DNA of 32,000 bases from Acinetobacter wanghuae (lineage in GTDB: Bacteria; Pseudomonadota; Gammaproteobacteria; Pseudomonadales; Moraxellaceae): assembly GCF_009557235.1 (NCBI RefSeq), contig NZ_CP045650.1, forward strand, positions 1,860,001 to 1,892,000, given 5' to 3'. The first letter of the stretch is position 1. The number at the start of each line of letters is the position of its first letter. Shown here in pieces: positions 1 to 10,104 of the stretch. The position numbers and the translations under genes are program-made. Under the pieces are notes generated by a model. That model was not told the origin of the DNA, searched no databases, and was given only the letters and a program-made list of their open reading frames with translations.

Positions 1-44
1 GTAGTTTTACCGACACCCTCAGTGCCTTCAAAGCTGATAAACAT
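1..44 (-). CDS. tmk: thymidylate kinase, first ~14 codons only (gene runs off the left edge)
   Basis: The reverse complement of 1-44 reads ATG TTT ATC AGC TTT GAA GGC ACT GAG GGT GTC GGT AAA AC, which is MFISFEGTEGVGK, a Tmk-type P-loop N-terminus. It lies directly downstream of mltG, as in the conserved pabC-mltG-tmk arrangement. Confidence 0.6.
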   Translation of the reverse strand, partial: MFISFEGTEGVGKT

Positions 45-53
45 GAATTTCCC

Positions 54-1106
54 TTATTTCTTTGAGCGTAAAACGGCAAGGTAGTCTTGTACCGCTTTAT
101 TATGATCTTGCAAATTACTACTAAATGTATGACCACCATTGCCTGTAGCGACAAAATAAATATTGTCTGACTGATCAGGATGCATTGCCGCCTCAATAGC
201 TTTTTTACTTGGTAATGCAATCGGTGTTGGTGGTAACCCTGAAATGGTATAAGTGTTATATGGCGTTGGGGTACGCAAATCCTGACGGGTAATATTGCCC
301 TGATATTTATCCCCCATGCCGTAAATTACGGTTGGATCGGTTTGCAGACGCATGCCTAGTTTTAAACGACGCTCAAATACGCCCGATACCTGCTCAAGTT
401 CGCTATCTAAGCTGGTTTCTTTTTCGATAATCGATGCCATGATCAAGGCTTCGTATTTATTTCCATAAGGCAAATCACTGGCGCGCTTCGCCCATGCGTC
501 ATCGAGTGCTTTCATTTGGCGTTGATACAAGTCCGTCAAGATTTTACGGTCTGTTTCGCCTTTGGCAAAAAAGTAGGTATCAGGGGCAAATAACCCTTCA
601 GGATGTGAATACGGAATATTCAATTCTTGCAGCAATTGCTTTGTCGGTAAGTGCACCACTTCTTTCGTGACTAAATCATCTTTTTTCAGCGCATCAATGA
701 GTTGTTTAAACGTCGTACCTTCAATCACCAAAATACGATTCATTTCTGCGTTATCGGCATTTGAAATCATACTCAGGACTTGGGCGACACTCATGCCTTG
801 GGTCACTTCATAGACACCTGCTTTCATCGAGTCATGAATCATAAAACGTTGATAAAGCTTAAGGACAATGGGAAAACTCACTTTTTTATCTTTTGCCAAT
901 TGATCAATAAAACCTGAGTAAGTTTCACCATTTCCAATCACTAAACGTTGCTTATCACTTTCAACTGGATATTTTTTCCAGAGACTACTTTGCAAAATGA
1001 TTCCGGCAATGAGAAGCAGACCAATGACAAGTAGCAAAAGCCCTTTGATCGGTGAGCTTTTTTTAACTTTATTGTTCTTTTTGGTTTTAGGCTTTGAAGT
1101 TGACAT
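54..1106 (-). CDS. mltG: endolytic murein transglycosylase MltG (YceG family)
   Basis: 350-aa ORF with a basic N-terminus plus a single TM helix (GLLLLVIGLLLIAGIIL). It has a YceG-like domain with the conserved ASIIEKE catalytic-Glu region and the QTDPTVIYG motif. Confidence 0.9.
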   Translation of the reverse strand: MSTSKPKTKKNNKVKKSSPIKGLLLLVIGLLLIAGIILQSSLWKKYPVESDKQRLVIGNGETYSGFIDQLAKDKKVSFPIVLKLYQRFMIHDSMKAGVYEVTQGMSVAQVLSMISNADNAEMNRILVIEGTTFKQLIDALKKDDLVTKEVVHLPTKQLLQELNIPYSHPEGLFAPDTYFFAKGETDRKILTDLYQRQMKALDDAWAKRASDLPYGNKYEALIMASIIEKETSLDSELEQVSGVFERRLKLGMRLQTDPTVIYGMGDKYQGNITRQDLRTPTPYNTYTISGLPPTPIALPSKKAIEAAMHPDQSDNIYFVATGNGGHTFSSNLQDHNKAVQDYLAVLRSKK

Positions 1107-1920
1107 AAGACGACATCTGATCTAAACGGAGACGATTAAAAAGCTCAAGACAAGGCTGCGTATTTAAAGCACGCTGCTCAAATTGAGAAACCATTTTCAT
1201 AGGGCTGAGTGCATTACAAAAGAATAAACTTTGCATATGTGGCAGTTCATCCACCTCAATGCGACGCGAAACACATTCGATATCACACTGTTGCATACGC
1301 GCTAAAATTTCAGCCCGCATCACACCCAATACGCCATTATAACGAAGATCGGGTGTAATCCATGTATTGTTTATTTGAATAAAACAATTACTGCTCACCC
1401 CTTCAACAATCGCACCCTGAATATCCACCACCAACGCTTCAGCCCAGCCTTTTTGATCCGCTTCAGTTTTCAGCATGACTTGTTCAAGCCGATTGAGCGT
1501 TTTTAGCCCTACTAAATTCGGCATCGTGAGACCGATGGGCTGTGCTAATACGCCGCTTTCAATGACTTGATGATTGAAACTTTGAATAGATTGAGGATAG
1601 TAAAATACCCAAAGATCAGCTGGATGATCAGGCAAACTGTAACCACGTTGTCCAATACCGCGACTTAAGACAATTTTTAATGTGCCCTTTAATGCTGTAT
1701 ATTCCTGTCTTAAAACAGCTAAAGTCTGTTCAATAGATGACAGATTTGCGTTAAGACTTAGTCTTTCATTGCTATCGCTTAGACGTAATAAATGGCGTTC
1801 CCATAATTCAATCTGGTTATTGACAATACGTGCTGTGGTAAAACAGCCATCACCATAATGAAAAGCACGATCAAGCACATCGATCTGTTCAATTTTTTGC
1901 GCATTCTTATAACATAGCAT
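1087..1920 (-). CDS. pabC: aminodeoxychorismate lyase (class IV PLP-dependent fold)
   Basis: 277-aa ORF with class-IV aminotransferase-like sequence (FHYGDGCFTT, GLKTLNRLEQV). It overlaps the mltG start by 20 nt, and pabC-mltG synteny is typical. Confidence 0.75.
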   Translation of the reverse strand: MLCYKNAQKIEQIDVLDRAFHYGDGCFTTARIVNNQIELWERHLLRLSDSNERLSLNANLSSIEQTLAVLRQEYTALKGTLKIVLSRGIGQRGYSLPDHPADLWVFYYPQSIQSFNHQVIESGVLAQPIGLTMPNLVGLKTLNRLEQVMLKTEADQKGWAEALVVDIQGAIVEGVSSNCFIQINNTWITPDLRYNGVLGVMRAEILARMQQCDIECVSRRIEVDELPHMQSLFFCNALSPMKMVSQFEQRALNTQPCLELFNRLRLDQMSSYVNFKA

Positions 1921-2004
1921 GCTGATTCGACCTCTTCCTTTGCACTTTTAACGCGATATATAGATGCGAACTAGATATCTTTTTTCCTCACATAAATTTC
2001 TTTT

Positions 2005-2041
2005 TTAATTATTTTTTATACATAAAATCTAAAGCTATTCT
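2005..2041 (+). promoter_or_regulatory. candidate activator-dependent promoter of the first sulfate-binding-protein gene
   Basis: The 22-nt box TTAATTATTTTTTATACATAAA (2005-2026) is followed after 9 nt by TATTCT (2036-2041). The same box (1 mismatch), spacing and hexamer recur at 3186-3222 upstream of the paralog. Both also share an ATTGAGG RBS 7 nt before the ATG. Confidence 0.35.
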
Positions 2042-2078
2042 TGCCTCAACAAATAAAACCAAACAAATTGAGGCAAAA

Positions 2079-3086
2079 ATGACCATGAACACATTCAAAC
2101 TTGGGGTAATTGCAGCACTACTTTCAGCATCTGCATTAAGCGTTTCGGCAAAAGATTTTTTAAATGTCTCTTATGACCCGACGCGTGAATTGTACGACAA
2201 CTTTAACAAAGAATTTAGTGCGTACTGGAAAAAATCCACAGGACAAGAGCTTAACTTTAAACAATCACATGGCGGTTCAGGTAAACAAGCGCGCGCTGTG
2301 ATTGACGGTTTAGACGCAGACGTGGTGACTTTGGCACTGGCTGCTGATATTGATGAAATTGCAGATCGTGGCTTATTACCAAAAGATTGGCAAAAGAAAT
2401 TCCCACAAAACTCCACGCCTTATACCTCTACCATTGTCTTCCTTGTCCATAAAGGTAATCCAAAAGGCATTAAAGATTGGGGCGATTTAGTCAAACCGGG
2501 TGTTGAAATTATTACCCCAAACCCGAAAACCTCAGGTGGCGCGCGTTGGAACTATTTAGCGGCTTGGGCTTGGGCAAAACATCAAGCGGGTGGCAACGAT
2601 GCCAAAGCACAAGAATTCGTGCGTCAAATTTATAAACAAACCAAAGTCCTTGACTCGGGCGCGCGTGGTGCAACCACAACCTTTGCTGAACGTGGCATCG
2701 GAAACGTACTTTTGGCTTGGGAAAATGAAGCGCATTTAGCCGTTCGCGAGCAACCGGGCAAATTTGAAATCATCACCCCATCGCTGTCAATTTTGGCAGA
2801 GCCACCTGTAGCAATTGTCGAAAAAAATGCCAAAAAAGATGGTAACGAAACCATTGCCAAAGCTTATTTAAACTATTTGTATTCACCTGCAGGTCAGACT
2901 GTGGCAGCAAAAAACTTCTATCGTCCACGTAATGCCGAGGTTTTGAAAAAATACAGCAATGTATTTAAGCCATTAAAACTGGTGACCATTGATAAAGAGT
3001 TTGGTGGTTGGACAAAAGTACAGAAAGCGCACTTTAGTAACGGCGGTATTTTCGATCAAATTGTGAAGGCGAATAACGCAAAATAG
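2079..3086 (+). CDS. sbp: periplasmic sulfate/thiosulfate-binding protein, paralog 1
   Basis: 335 aa with a signal peptide ([14 protein letters not shown]). It shows the Sbp/CysP family hallmarks [30 protein letters not shown] and [14 protein letters not shown]. Confidence 0.92.
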   Translation: MTMNTFKLGVIAALLSASALSVSAKDFLNVSYDPTRELYDNFNKEFSAYWKKSTGQELNFKQSHGGSGKQARAVIDGLDADVVTLALAADIDEIADRGLLPKDWQKKFPQNSTPYTSTIVFLVHKGNPKGIKDWGDLVKPGVEIITPNPKTSGGARWNYLAAWAWAKHQAGGNDAKAQEFVRQIYKQTKVLDSGARGATTTFAERGIGNVLLAWENEAHLAVREQPGKFEIITPSLSILAEPPVAIVEKNAKKDGNETIAKAYLNYLYSPAGQTVAAKNFYRPRNAEVLKKYSNVFKPLKLVTIDKEFGGWTKVQKAHFSNGGIFDQIVKANNAK

Positions 3087-3105
3087 TTTTTTAGTTTCAT
3101 TCCAT

Positions 3106-3140
3106 AAAGGTCTTCTCTATGAAGGCCTTTGTTGTTTCTA
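3106..3140 (+). terminator. rho-independent terminator after sbp paralog 1
   Basis: Stem AAAGGTCTTC (3106-3115) pairs with GAAGGCCTTT (3121-3130) with one G-U pair and loop TCTAT. A T-rich tail follows. Confidence 0.55.
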
Positions 3141-3185
3141 TCATTCATCCCTTCTTTATCTTTTATTTTCATATAAAATTCATTA

Positions 3186-3222
3186 TTAATTATTTTTTAT
3201 GCATAAAGAATGCGTTTATTCT
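3186..3222 (+). promoter_or_regulatory. candidate activator-dependent promoter of the second sulfate-binding-protein gene / cys transporter operon
   Basis: TTAATTATTTTTTATGCATAAA (3186-3207), then 9 nt, then TATTCT (3217-3222). This duplicates the element at 2005-2041. Confidence 0.35.
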
Positions 3223-3265
3223 GCACCCATGTTACAAAACATAGATATAAGAGATTGAGGTTCAC

Positions 3266-4279
3266 ATGAGCATTTCAACAAAATTGAAACTTGGGGTTTT
3301 AGCAGCAGTTATTTCAGCAACATCATTTGGTGCTGTAGCGCGCGACTTCCTGAATGTATCTTACGATCCAACACGCGAACTTTATGAAGATGTAAATAAA
3401 GAGTTTGGCAAATATTGGAAAAGTCGTACAGGTCAACAGATCAATTTTAAACAATCTCATGGTGGATCGGGTAAGCAAGCACGTGCCGTGATTGATGGCT
3501 TAGAAGCCGATGTCGTGACTTTAGCCCTTGCTGCTGACATTGATGTCATTGCTGAAAAAGCTAAACTTTTACCGAAAGACTGGCAAAAGAAACTCCCTCA
3601 GAACTCAACGCCTTATACCTCAACCATTGTTTTTTTAGTGCGTAAAGGCAATCCGAAACAGATTAAAGATTGGGGTGATTTGGTTAAATCGAATGTTGCG
3701 ATTATTACCCCAAATCCGAGAACTTCAGGTGGCGCACGTTGGAACTATTTAGCGGCTTGGGCTTGGGCAAAACATCAAGCCGGTGGCAATGATGCTAAAG
3801 CGCAAGAATTTGTACGTCAAATTTATAAACAAACCAAAGTCTTAGACTCAGGTGCTCGTGGTTCAACCACCACCTTTGCTGAACGTGGTATTGGCGATGT
3901 TCTCCTCGCTTGGGAAAATGAAGCATATTTAGCCTTACGTGAACAACCGGGTAAATTTGAAATCGTGACACCATCCCTTTCAATTTTAGCTGAACCACCG
4001 GTCGCGATTGTTGAAAAAACCGTGAATAAAAAAGGCAATAAATACTTAGCGCAAGGTTATTTAAATTTCTTGTACTCACCACTTGGGCAAGAAATTTCAG
4101 CACGTAACTTCTACCGTCCTCGTAATGAAAAAGTCTTGGCGAAATACAGTCAGACCTTTAAACCACTGAAATTGGTTACGATTGACCAAGAATTTGGTGG
4201 TTGGGACAAAGTACAAAAAGCCCACTTCGAAAATGGCGGTATCTTCGATCAAATTGTGAAGGCAAATAATACTAAATAA
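3266..4279 (+). CDS. cysP: periplasmic sulfate/thiosulfate-binding protein, paralog 2 (heads the transporter operon)
   Basis: 337 aa with a signal peptide (SFGAVA/RD). It carries the same family motifs as paralog 1 and is collinear with it over its whole length. It sits directly upstream of the permease genes. Confidence 0.92.
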   Translation: MSISTKLKLGVLAAVISATSFGAVARDFLNVSYDPTRELYEDVNKEFGKYWKSRTGQQINFKQSHGGSGKQARAVIDGLEADVVTLALAADIDVIAEKAKLLPKDWQKKLPQNSTPYTSTIVFLVRKGNPKQIKDWGDLVKSNVAIITPNPRTSGGARWNYLAAWAWAKHQAGGNDAKAQEFVRQIYKQTKVLDSGARGSTTTFAERGIGDVLLAWENEAYLALREQPGKFEIVTPSLSILAEPPVAIVEKTVNKKGNKYLAQGYLNFLYSPLGQEISARNFYRPRNEKVLAKYSQTFKPLKLVTIDQEFGGWDKVQKAHFENGGIFDQIVKANNTK

Positions 4280-4312
4280 GTTTGGTCTTTTATTCTACAT
4301 AGGAGCAATAGC

Positions 4313-4918
4313 ATGACACACACCCTTATCGTTCCCGGTGTAGGTGGCAGTGAATACCATCATTGGCAATCGTGGTTACAACGTGGTCTGATGCAATGCT
4401 CTCGTGTAGAACAAAAAGATTGGAAGCATCCTGTATTAGCCAAATGGATTGAAGCTTTTGTTGAAAATATTCAAAGCATTGAAGATGAAATAGAGATTGT
4501 GGCGCATAGTTTTGGTTGTTTAACCAGTGTTGCAGCTTTAGCGCAGCATCCATCATTCACTACTAAAATTAAAAAATTAATTTTGGTGGCACCTGCCAAT
4601 CCTGCACGTTTTGGTGAGCAAGGCTTTGCTCAAGAGAGCCAGCAGGATTACAGTGCATATTTTCATGCTTTAAAACTTCAAGTGCCGACCATTATGCTCA
4701 TGAGTGAAAATGACCCATGGCTGAGTTTTGAAGATGCGCATGCATTGGCAAAATCTTGGAATATTCAACCCATAAATTTAGGTCAAGTCGGTCATGTCAA
4801 TGTTGCATCGGGTTTCGGCCCCTTCCCTGAAATCAAACAATATTTAACTTCAGCGACGTCGATGCAACATATCAGCAATACTGATGACAGCAAGTATTTT
4901 TTTAGATTTGCATTTTAA
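4313..4918 (+). CDS. alpha/beta-fold serine hydrolase, YdeN/RBBP9-like
   Basis: 201 aa. Nucleophile-elbow-like AHSFGC, acidic ENDPW and late GHVN suggest a Ser-Asp-His triad in YdeN-like order. AGGAG RBS at 4300-4304. It starts 33 nt after cysP with no terminator between them. Confidence 0.65.
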   Translation: MTHTLIVPGVGGSEYHHWQSWLQRGLMQCSRVEQKDWKHPVLAKWIEAFVENIQSIEDEIEIVAHSFGCLTSVAALAQHPSFTTKIKKLILVAPANPARFGEQGFAQESQQDYSAYFHALKLQVPTIMLMSENDPWLSFEDAHALAKSWNIQPINLGQVGHVNVASGFGPFPEIKQYLTSATSMQHISNTDDSKYFFRFAF

Positions 4919-5004
4919 ATGGCGCAAATTATGCTTGTTGCCAATTTCAATTTTAATATTCGCTAGTTGTGTTCAATTAGCATTCGCTCTTTTGAGGAAT
5001 AATC

Positions 5005-5838
5005 ATGTCGCAGCGATCCCGAGTGCTGCCAGGATTTGGTCTATCTCTAGGCTTTACCCTAGCGTATTTATCTTTAATTGTTTTGATTCCACTGTCTGCA
5101 GTGTTTATCAGATCTCTAGGCATCGGTTGGGATGGTCTATGGGAAATTTTAAGCTCAGAACGGATTTTAAAATCATTACAACTGAGTTTTAGTGCTGCCA
5201 TTATCGCAGCCGTCATCAATGTCATCTTTGGTTTATTGTTGGCTTGGTGTTTAGTGCGCTATACCTTTCCGGGTAAACGTATTGTCGATGCATTGGTGGA
5301 TTTACCCTTTGCATTACCTACTGCCGTGGCAGGTATTGCCTTAACGTCGCTTTATGCGCCAACAGGTTGGATTGGTCAATATCTTGAACCTCTCGGCATT
5401 AAAGTCGCATATACCCCGCTTGGGATCACGCTTGCGCTGATCTTCATTGGTATTCCATTTGTGGTGCGTACTGTGCAACCTGTCCTCAGTGACTTGGAAA
5501 CCGAACTTGAAGAAGCGGCCTCTGCACTTGGGGCGAATCGTTTTCAAATTGTGACGAAAGTGATTTTCCCTATTTTACTCCCTGCGCTGATTACGGGCTT
5601 TGCTTTAGCGTTTGCGCGTGGTGTCGGTGAATACGGTTCGGTTATTTTTATTGCAGGGAACCAACCCTTCAAAACTGAAATTGCACCGCTGATGATTATT
5701 TCTCGCTTAGAAGAATATGACTATGCGGGTGCCACCACCATTGCTGTCGTCATGTTGCTCATCTCATTTGTATTATTGTTCTTGATTAACTTATTACAAG
5801 CATGGGCGAGCCGTCGCACAGGGAGAACTGCACGATGA
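5005..5838 (+). CDS. cysT: sulfate/thiosulfate ABC transporter permease CysT
   Basis: 277 aa, polytopic membrane protein with an EAA-type loop ([13 protein letters not shown]) typical of CysT/CysU. GAGGAA RBS before the ATG. Confidence 0.9.
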   Translation: MSQRSRVLPGFGLSLGFTLAYLSLIVLIPLSAVFIRSLGIGWDGLWEILSSERILKSLQLSFSAAIIAAVINVIFGLLLAWCLVRYTFPGKRIVDALVDLPFALPTAVAGIALTSLYAPTGWIGQYLEPLGIKVAYTPLGITLALIFIGIPFVVRTVQPVLSDLETELEEAASALGANRFQIVTKVIFPILLPALITGFALAFARGVGEYGSVIFIAGNQPFKTEIAPLMIISRLEEYDYAGATTIAVVMLLISFVLLFLINLLQAWASRRTGRTAR

Positions 5839-6728
5839 GTTTAAATACCAACAGCAATGCACTTGCTGAAAAACTGCAATCTCGTGATGCGACACGTGAA
5901 CCGACTTGGGTGAAATACACGTTAATCGCTATTGCGTTGATCTTTTTCCTAAGCTGCTTAATTTTGCCTTTGATTTTGGTCTTCGTTGAAGCCTTTAAAC
6001 AAGGCATTGGGGTCTATACGCAAGCTTTGGTGCATCCTGATACCTTATCAGCGGTGAAACTCACCTTAATTACGGCATTAATTGCAGTGCCTATGAATGT
6101 GGTCTTTGGTGTTGCAGCAGCTTGGTCGGTTGCCAAGTTTAATTTCCGTGGTAAGGCCTTCTTAACCACCTTAATTGACATGCCGTTTTCAGTTTCCCCT
6201 GTGATTGCAGGGTTAATGCTGGTGCTCATTTTTGGTACGCAAGGCTGGATGGGTTCTTGGCTCATGGATAACGACATTAAGATTTTGTATGCCGTGCCTG
6301 CGATTGTACTGGCAACTATCTTCATTACTGTTCCATTCGTGGCACGTGAACTCATTCCATTGATGGAAGCGCAAGGCACTGAAGAAGAAGAGGCTGCGAT
6401 TGTGCTTGGTGCATCAGGCTGGCAAACCTTCTGGAAAGTGACCCTTCCAAATATTAAATGGGGCTTAATCTACGGCGTGATTTTGTGTAATGCCCGTGCG
6501 ATGGGTGAGTTTGGTGCGGTGTCTGTGGTATCAGGCCATATTCGCGGTGAAACCAACACCCTGCCTTTACACGTCGAAATTCTCTATAACGAATATACAT
6601 TCAGTGCTGCGTTTGCTGTTTCATCACTGTTGGCGCTACTTGCAATTGTGACCTTAATTTTAAAAACATGGGTTGAAGTACGCCAAGAAAAGCAAGACAA
6701 ACGCCATGAAGATTCAACAGTTTCTTAA
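5835..6728 (+). CDS. cysW: sulfate/thiosulfate ABC transporter permease CysW
   Basis: The ORF is open from 5802. ATG 5835 overlaps the cysT stop (ATGA coupling) and gives MSLNTNSN..., so it is the preferred start. Polytopic, with an EAA loop ([14 protein letters not shown]). Confidence 0.88.
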   Translation: MSLNTNSNALAEKLQSRDATREPTWVKYTLIAIALIFFLSCLILPLILVFVEAFKQGIGVYTQALVHPDTLSAVKLTLITALIAVPMNVVFGVAAAWSVAKFNFRGKAFLTTLIDMPFSVSPVIAGLMLVLIFGTQGWMGSWLMDNDIKILYAVPAIVLATIFITVPFVARELIPLMEAQGTEEEEAAIVLGASGWQTFWKVTLPNIKWGLIYGVILCNARAMGEFGAVSVVSGHIRGETNTLPLHVEILYNEYTFSAAFAVSSLLALLAIVTLILKTWVEVRQEKQDKRHEDSTVS

Positions 6729-6739
6729 GGAATGCCAAC

Positions 6740-7801
6740 ATGAGTATTCAAGTACAAAATATTGAAAAACACTTTGGTGCATTCCACGCACTGAAAAATA
6801 TTTCTCTCGATTTTCCAGATGGTCAATTGGTAGCACTACTCGGTCCTTCGGGCTGTGGTAAAACCACATTGCTACGAATTATTGCCGGTTTAGAATCAGC
6901 TGATGCAGGTCAGGTCATTTTAGAAGGCGAAGATGCTACAAATGTGCATGTACGTGAACGTGAAGTCGGCTTTGTATTCCAGCATTATGCGTTATTCCGT
7001 CATATGACTGTGTTTGACAATATTGCTTTTGGCTTACGTGTTCGTCCACGCTCGACTCGTCCATCTGAAGCAGACATTAAAAAACGCGTAACACGTTTAC
7101 TTGATTTGGTGCAACTCGGCTTCTTGGCAGATCGTTATCCGGCACAACTTTCAGGTGGTCAGCGTCAACGTATTGCACTTGCGCGTGCTTTAGCAGTTGA
7201 ACCGCGTGTGCTCTTACTTGATGAACCGTTTGGCGCATTAGATGCTAAAGTACGTAAAGAATTACGTCGTTGGTTACGTACGCTGCATGATGAATTACAC
7301 ATCACCTCTATTTTCGTAACCCACGACCAAGAAGAAGCCTTAGAAGTTGCCGATCAAATTGTGGTGATGAACAAAGGGAATGTCGAGCAAATTGGTTCAC
7401 CACGTGAAGTCTATGAAACCCCTGCAACACCATTTGTCTTTGACTTCTTGGGTCAAGCCAATCGTTTTGAAGGTCAGAATAATGGCGGTTTGATTCAACT
7501 TGGTGAAGATCGTATTCAATTTGATGCTGCCAAAAATGCTGCTCAAGGTGAAGTCATTGTATTTGCGCGTCCTGACGAATTCCGTATTCATGCCCAACCT
7601 CAAGACAATGCGATTCAAGCCACCTTTATTCGTGAGCTTTGGATTGCAGGTAAAGTCGTTGCTGAACTCAATGACCGCCAAGGGAACTTAATTGAAATCT
7701 TGCTGACACCAGATGAAGCACGTTCACATCAATTCCGTGCCAATCAAACCGTTTGGTTAAGTGCACTTAACTTGCACTTATTTGAAAACCAAGTCGCATA
7801 A
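6740..7801 (+). CDS. cysA: sulfate/thiosulfate ABC transporter ATP-binding protein CysA
   Basis: Walker [10 protein letters not shown], signature LSGGQRQR, Walker B LLLDEPF, H-loop VTHD. It has a C-terminal TOBE-like regulatory extension. Confidence 0.92.
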   Translation: MSIQVQNIEKHFGAFHALKNISLDFPDGQLVALLGPSGCGKTTLLRIIAGLESADAGQVILEGEDATNVHVREREVGFVFQHYALFRHMTVFDNIAFGLRVRPRSTRPSEADIKKRVTRLLDLVQLGFLADRYPAQLSGGQRQRIALARALAVEPRVLLLDEPFGALDAKVRKELRRWLRTLHDELHITSIFVTHDQEEALEVADQIVVMNKGNVEQIGSPREVYETPATPFVFDFLGQANRFEGQNNGGLIQLGEDRIQFDAAKNAAQGEVIVFARPDEFRIHAQPQDNAIQATFIRELWIAGKVVAELNDRQGNLIEILLTPDEARSHQFRANQTVWLSALNLHLFENQVA

Positions 7802-7856
7802 AGACTAAAAGATGGGGCCATGAGATGCCCCATCAACGTATAGGGTAAATAACATT

Positions 7857-8780
7857 ATGAACTTCCAACAATTAAGAATTATTCGAGAAACGGTCAGACA
7901 GAATTTTAATTTAACTGAAGCATCTGCTGCGCTGTACACCTCGCAATCGGGCGTCAGTAAACATATTAAAGACTTAGAAGATGAACTTGGCGTACAGCTT
8001 TTTATTCGTAAAGGTAAGCGTTTGCTTGGTTTGACTGAACCGGGTCAATCGCTGCTTGGCATTGTTGAACGCATGTTGGTCGATGCCGATAATATCAAAC
8101 GTCTTGCAGACGATTTTAATAAAGTGGATGAAGGTACACTGACGATTGCAACGACGCATACCCAAGCACGTTATGTATTACCACCGATTGTCAATCAATT
8201 TAAAAAAGCCTTTCCAAAAGTCCATTTGATATTGCAACAAGCAAGCCCTGTTGAAATTACTGAAATGTTACTTCAAGGCGAAGCCGATATTGGGATTGCA
8301 ACTGAAGCATTGACCACTGAAGATAACCTTGCCAGTGTGCCCTACTATAATTGGCAACACAGTATTATCACTCCGCAAAATCATCCTTTAGCCAGCAAAG
8401 ATCATATTGAGATTGAAGATTTGGTCGACTTCCCCATCATTACCTATCATGGTGGTTTTACGGGGCGTTCAAAGATTGATACTGCTTTTGATAATGCCGG
8501 TTTATCGGTCGATATTGTGATGTCAGCACTTGATGCCGATGTCATTAAAACTTACGTTGAACTTAATATGGGTGTGGGTATTGTCAATGCCGTGGCGTAT
8601 GACCATGAACGTGATTATCGTTTAAAACAAATTAAGACTGATATTTTTGGGGTAAATACAACGTGGATTGCGGTGCGTAAAGGTCATTTACTGCGTGGTT
8701 ATGGTTATGAGTTTATTTCTTTATGCTCACCCGATGCCGATATCAAAGCTTTAAAGAAAGTCGCGTATCCAGACGATTAA
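7857..8780 (+). CDS. cbl: LysR-type regulator of the CysB/Cbl family
   Basis: The N-terminus MNFQQLRIIRE...NLTEA...LYTSQSGVSKHIKDLEDELGVQLFIRKGKRLLGLTEPG closely resembles my recollection of the E. coli Cbl/CysB wHTH region. It is adjacent to the cys transporter genes. Confidence 0.8.
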   Translation: MNFQQLRIIRETVRQNFNLTEASAALYTSQSGVSKHIKDLEDELGVQLFIRKGKRLLGLTEPGQSLLGIVERMLVDADNIKRLADDFNKVDEGTLTIATTHTQARYVLPPIVNQFKKAFPKVHLILQQASPVEITEMLLQGEADIGIATEALTTEDNLASVPYYNWQHSIITPQNHPLASKDHIEIEDLVDFPIITYHGGFTGRSKIDTAFDNAGLSVDIVMSALDADVIKTYVELNMGVGIVNAVAYDHERDYRLKQIKTDIFGVNTTWIAVRKGHLLRGYGYEFISLCSPDADIKALKKVAYPDD

Positions 8781-8793
8781 GATTCACAATGAT

Positions 8794-8825
8794 AAAAAGA
8801 GGCATTTAGCGCCTCTTTTTATTTT
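8794..8825 (+). terminator. rho-independent terminator after cbl
   Basis: Stem AAGAGGC (8797-8803) pairs with GCCTCTT (8811-8817), followed by a T-run. Confidence 0.7.
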
Positions 8826-8890
8826 GCGCTAGAAAACTTGTAGAAAAATCAAGCATAATGGTAGCAGATGAAATATAAGATTTCGCATAT

Positions 8891-10093
8891 ATGCCACTTT
8901 ATAAATACATGATATCGAGCTGTCTAATTTGCACCATTCAGCCTTGTTTCGCAGCAGCCTTAGAGCAATCAGGACAGTCCCTTCAGTTTTTTTTTGAAAA
9001 TGACAACTATGCTGAAATTTTTCATGCCGTTTTAGTACCTGATGTTAAAGCGGAAATCAAACGTCATGCTGATTTGGATAATGCAAATATTCAAGATTTT
9101 TCAACAGGCGATTTGGCACAACAAGATCAGTTTAGTGGTGCTGCAATTAAACTACAGATACATCCAAAAATCTCTTTGGGTATGATTTATGATCAGCCTT
9201 TTGCAACACATGCATCTTATCAATATCAAGCTCAAATAAATGACGGTGAATTGTATACTGAAGCTGCGAATATTCAATTTAACAGTCAGAATTTAACAGG
9301 CTTAATCGGTTATCAACCTAGCCAAAATTGGACACTGTATAGCGGTTTAAGTTATCAACAATTTCAAGGTAGAGTATTTCTAAAAGGGAAAAATTACTCA
9401 ATTTTTGATGGCTATCATACAGAATTCAATTCGGATCATGCTTGGGGTTGGTTGGCAGGTATCAGTTATCAACTTCCGCAATATGCTTTTAGAACAGCTC
9501 TCACTTATCGGTCTAAAATCACACATAAAAATCAAACTGATGAATCTTTAGATACGGGAATTTCGCTAAATCCTATCACAACCATCAGCACACCCAAATC
9601 TATCAATTTAGATATTCAAACAGGACTTTCAAAAACAAATTTACTCTATGCCTCATTACGATGGGTCAATTGGAAAGCCTTTGAAGTTCAACCTCCGCAA
9701 ATTCAATCGTTTGTAAATCTGTATCTAAGCGACCTGCCAGAATTTGAAAAGATTAAAATGATTCGCTATGAGCAAGATCAATGGTCTGGAAAGCTTGGTA
9801 TTGCACATCAATGGAATCCACGCTGGGTCAATGCTTTAGAGTTGTTATGGGATTCTGGGCTAGATAATTCAGCGACGACACTAAATCCGACTGATGGTCA
9901 TCTCGGCTATGGGCTTGCCAACCTCTATAAACTCAATAACAAGATTGATATTTCAACGGCTGTTTATTATTTAGATTTTAATAAGCCTCGTATTGAGCAA
10001 AACGAAGAAATCATGAGTCAAGTTTTAGCCATTACCAATGTTAAAGATAATTCTGCTTGGCTTTTCGCTTTAAAGTTCGGCTACCATTTTTAA
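8891..10093 (+). CDS. outer-membrane beta-barrel transport protein, FadL/OmpP1/TodX-like
   Basis: 400 aa with an N-terminal signal-like segment ending CFAAA. Alternating beta-strand pattern rich in Y/G/Q, and an OMP-type C-terminus FGYHF. The start could instead be Met7. Confidence 0.6.
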   Translation: MPLYKYMISSCLICTIQPCFAAALEQSGQSLQFFFENDNYAEIFHAVLVPDVKAEIKRHADLDNANIQDFSTGDLAQQDQFSGAAIKLQIHPKISLGMIYDQPFATHASYQYQAQINDGELYTEAANIQFNSQNLTGLIGYQPSQNWTLYSGLSYQQFQGRVFLKGKNYSIFDGYHTEFNSDHAWGWLAGISYQLPQYAFRTALTYRSKITHKNQTDESLDTGISLNPITTISTPKSINLDIQTGLSKTNLLYASLRWVNWKAFEVQPPQIQSFVNLYLSDLPEFEKIKMIRYEQDQWSGKLGIAHQWNPRWVNALELLWDSGLDNSATTLNPTDGHLGYGLANLYKLNNKIDISTAVYYLDFNKPRIEQNEEIMSQVLAITNVKDNSAWLFALKFGYHF

Positions 10094-10104
10094 AAATTAC
10101 ATAT

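Noticed and set aside
2171-4103. Antisense ORFs inside the two sulfate-binding-protein genes (2171-2416, 2630-2860, 3795-4103, 3823-4038).
   Set aside because: They lie entirely opposite strongly supported genes. They have low-complexity S/A/P-rich translations typical of antisense frames, no RBS and no recognisable motifs. The pair recurs only because the host genes are paralogs.
4884-5225. ORFs 4884-5192 (+) and 4977-5225 (-) spanning the hydrolase/cysT junction.
   Set aside because: Both overlap the well-supported cysT start region in other frames, and neither has a motif or RBS.
8880-8907. ATTTCGCATAT-ATGCCA-CTTTATAAATA, which resembles a XerC/XerD (dif/pdif) site.
   Set aside because: Only the XerC-like half resembles the Acinetobacter consensus as I recall it. 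The XerD half (TTATGTTAATT) is largely mismatched. The site also overlaps the RBS and start region of the FadL-like gene.
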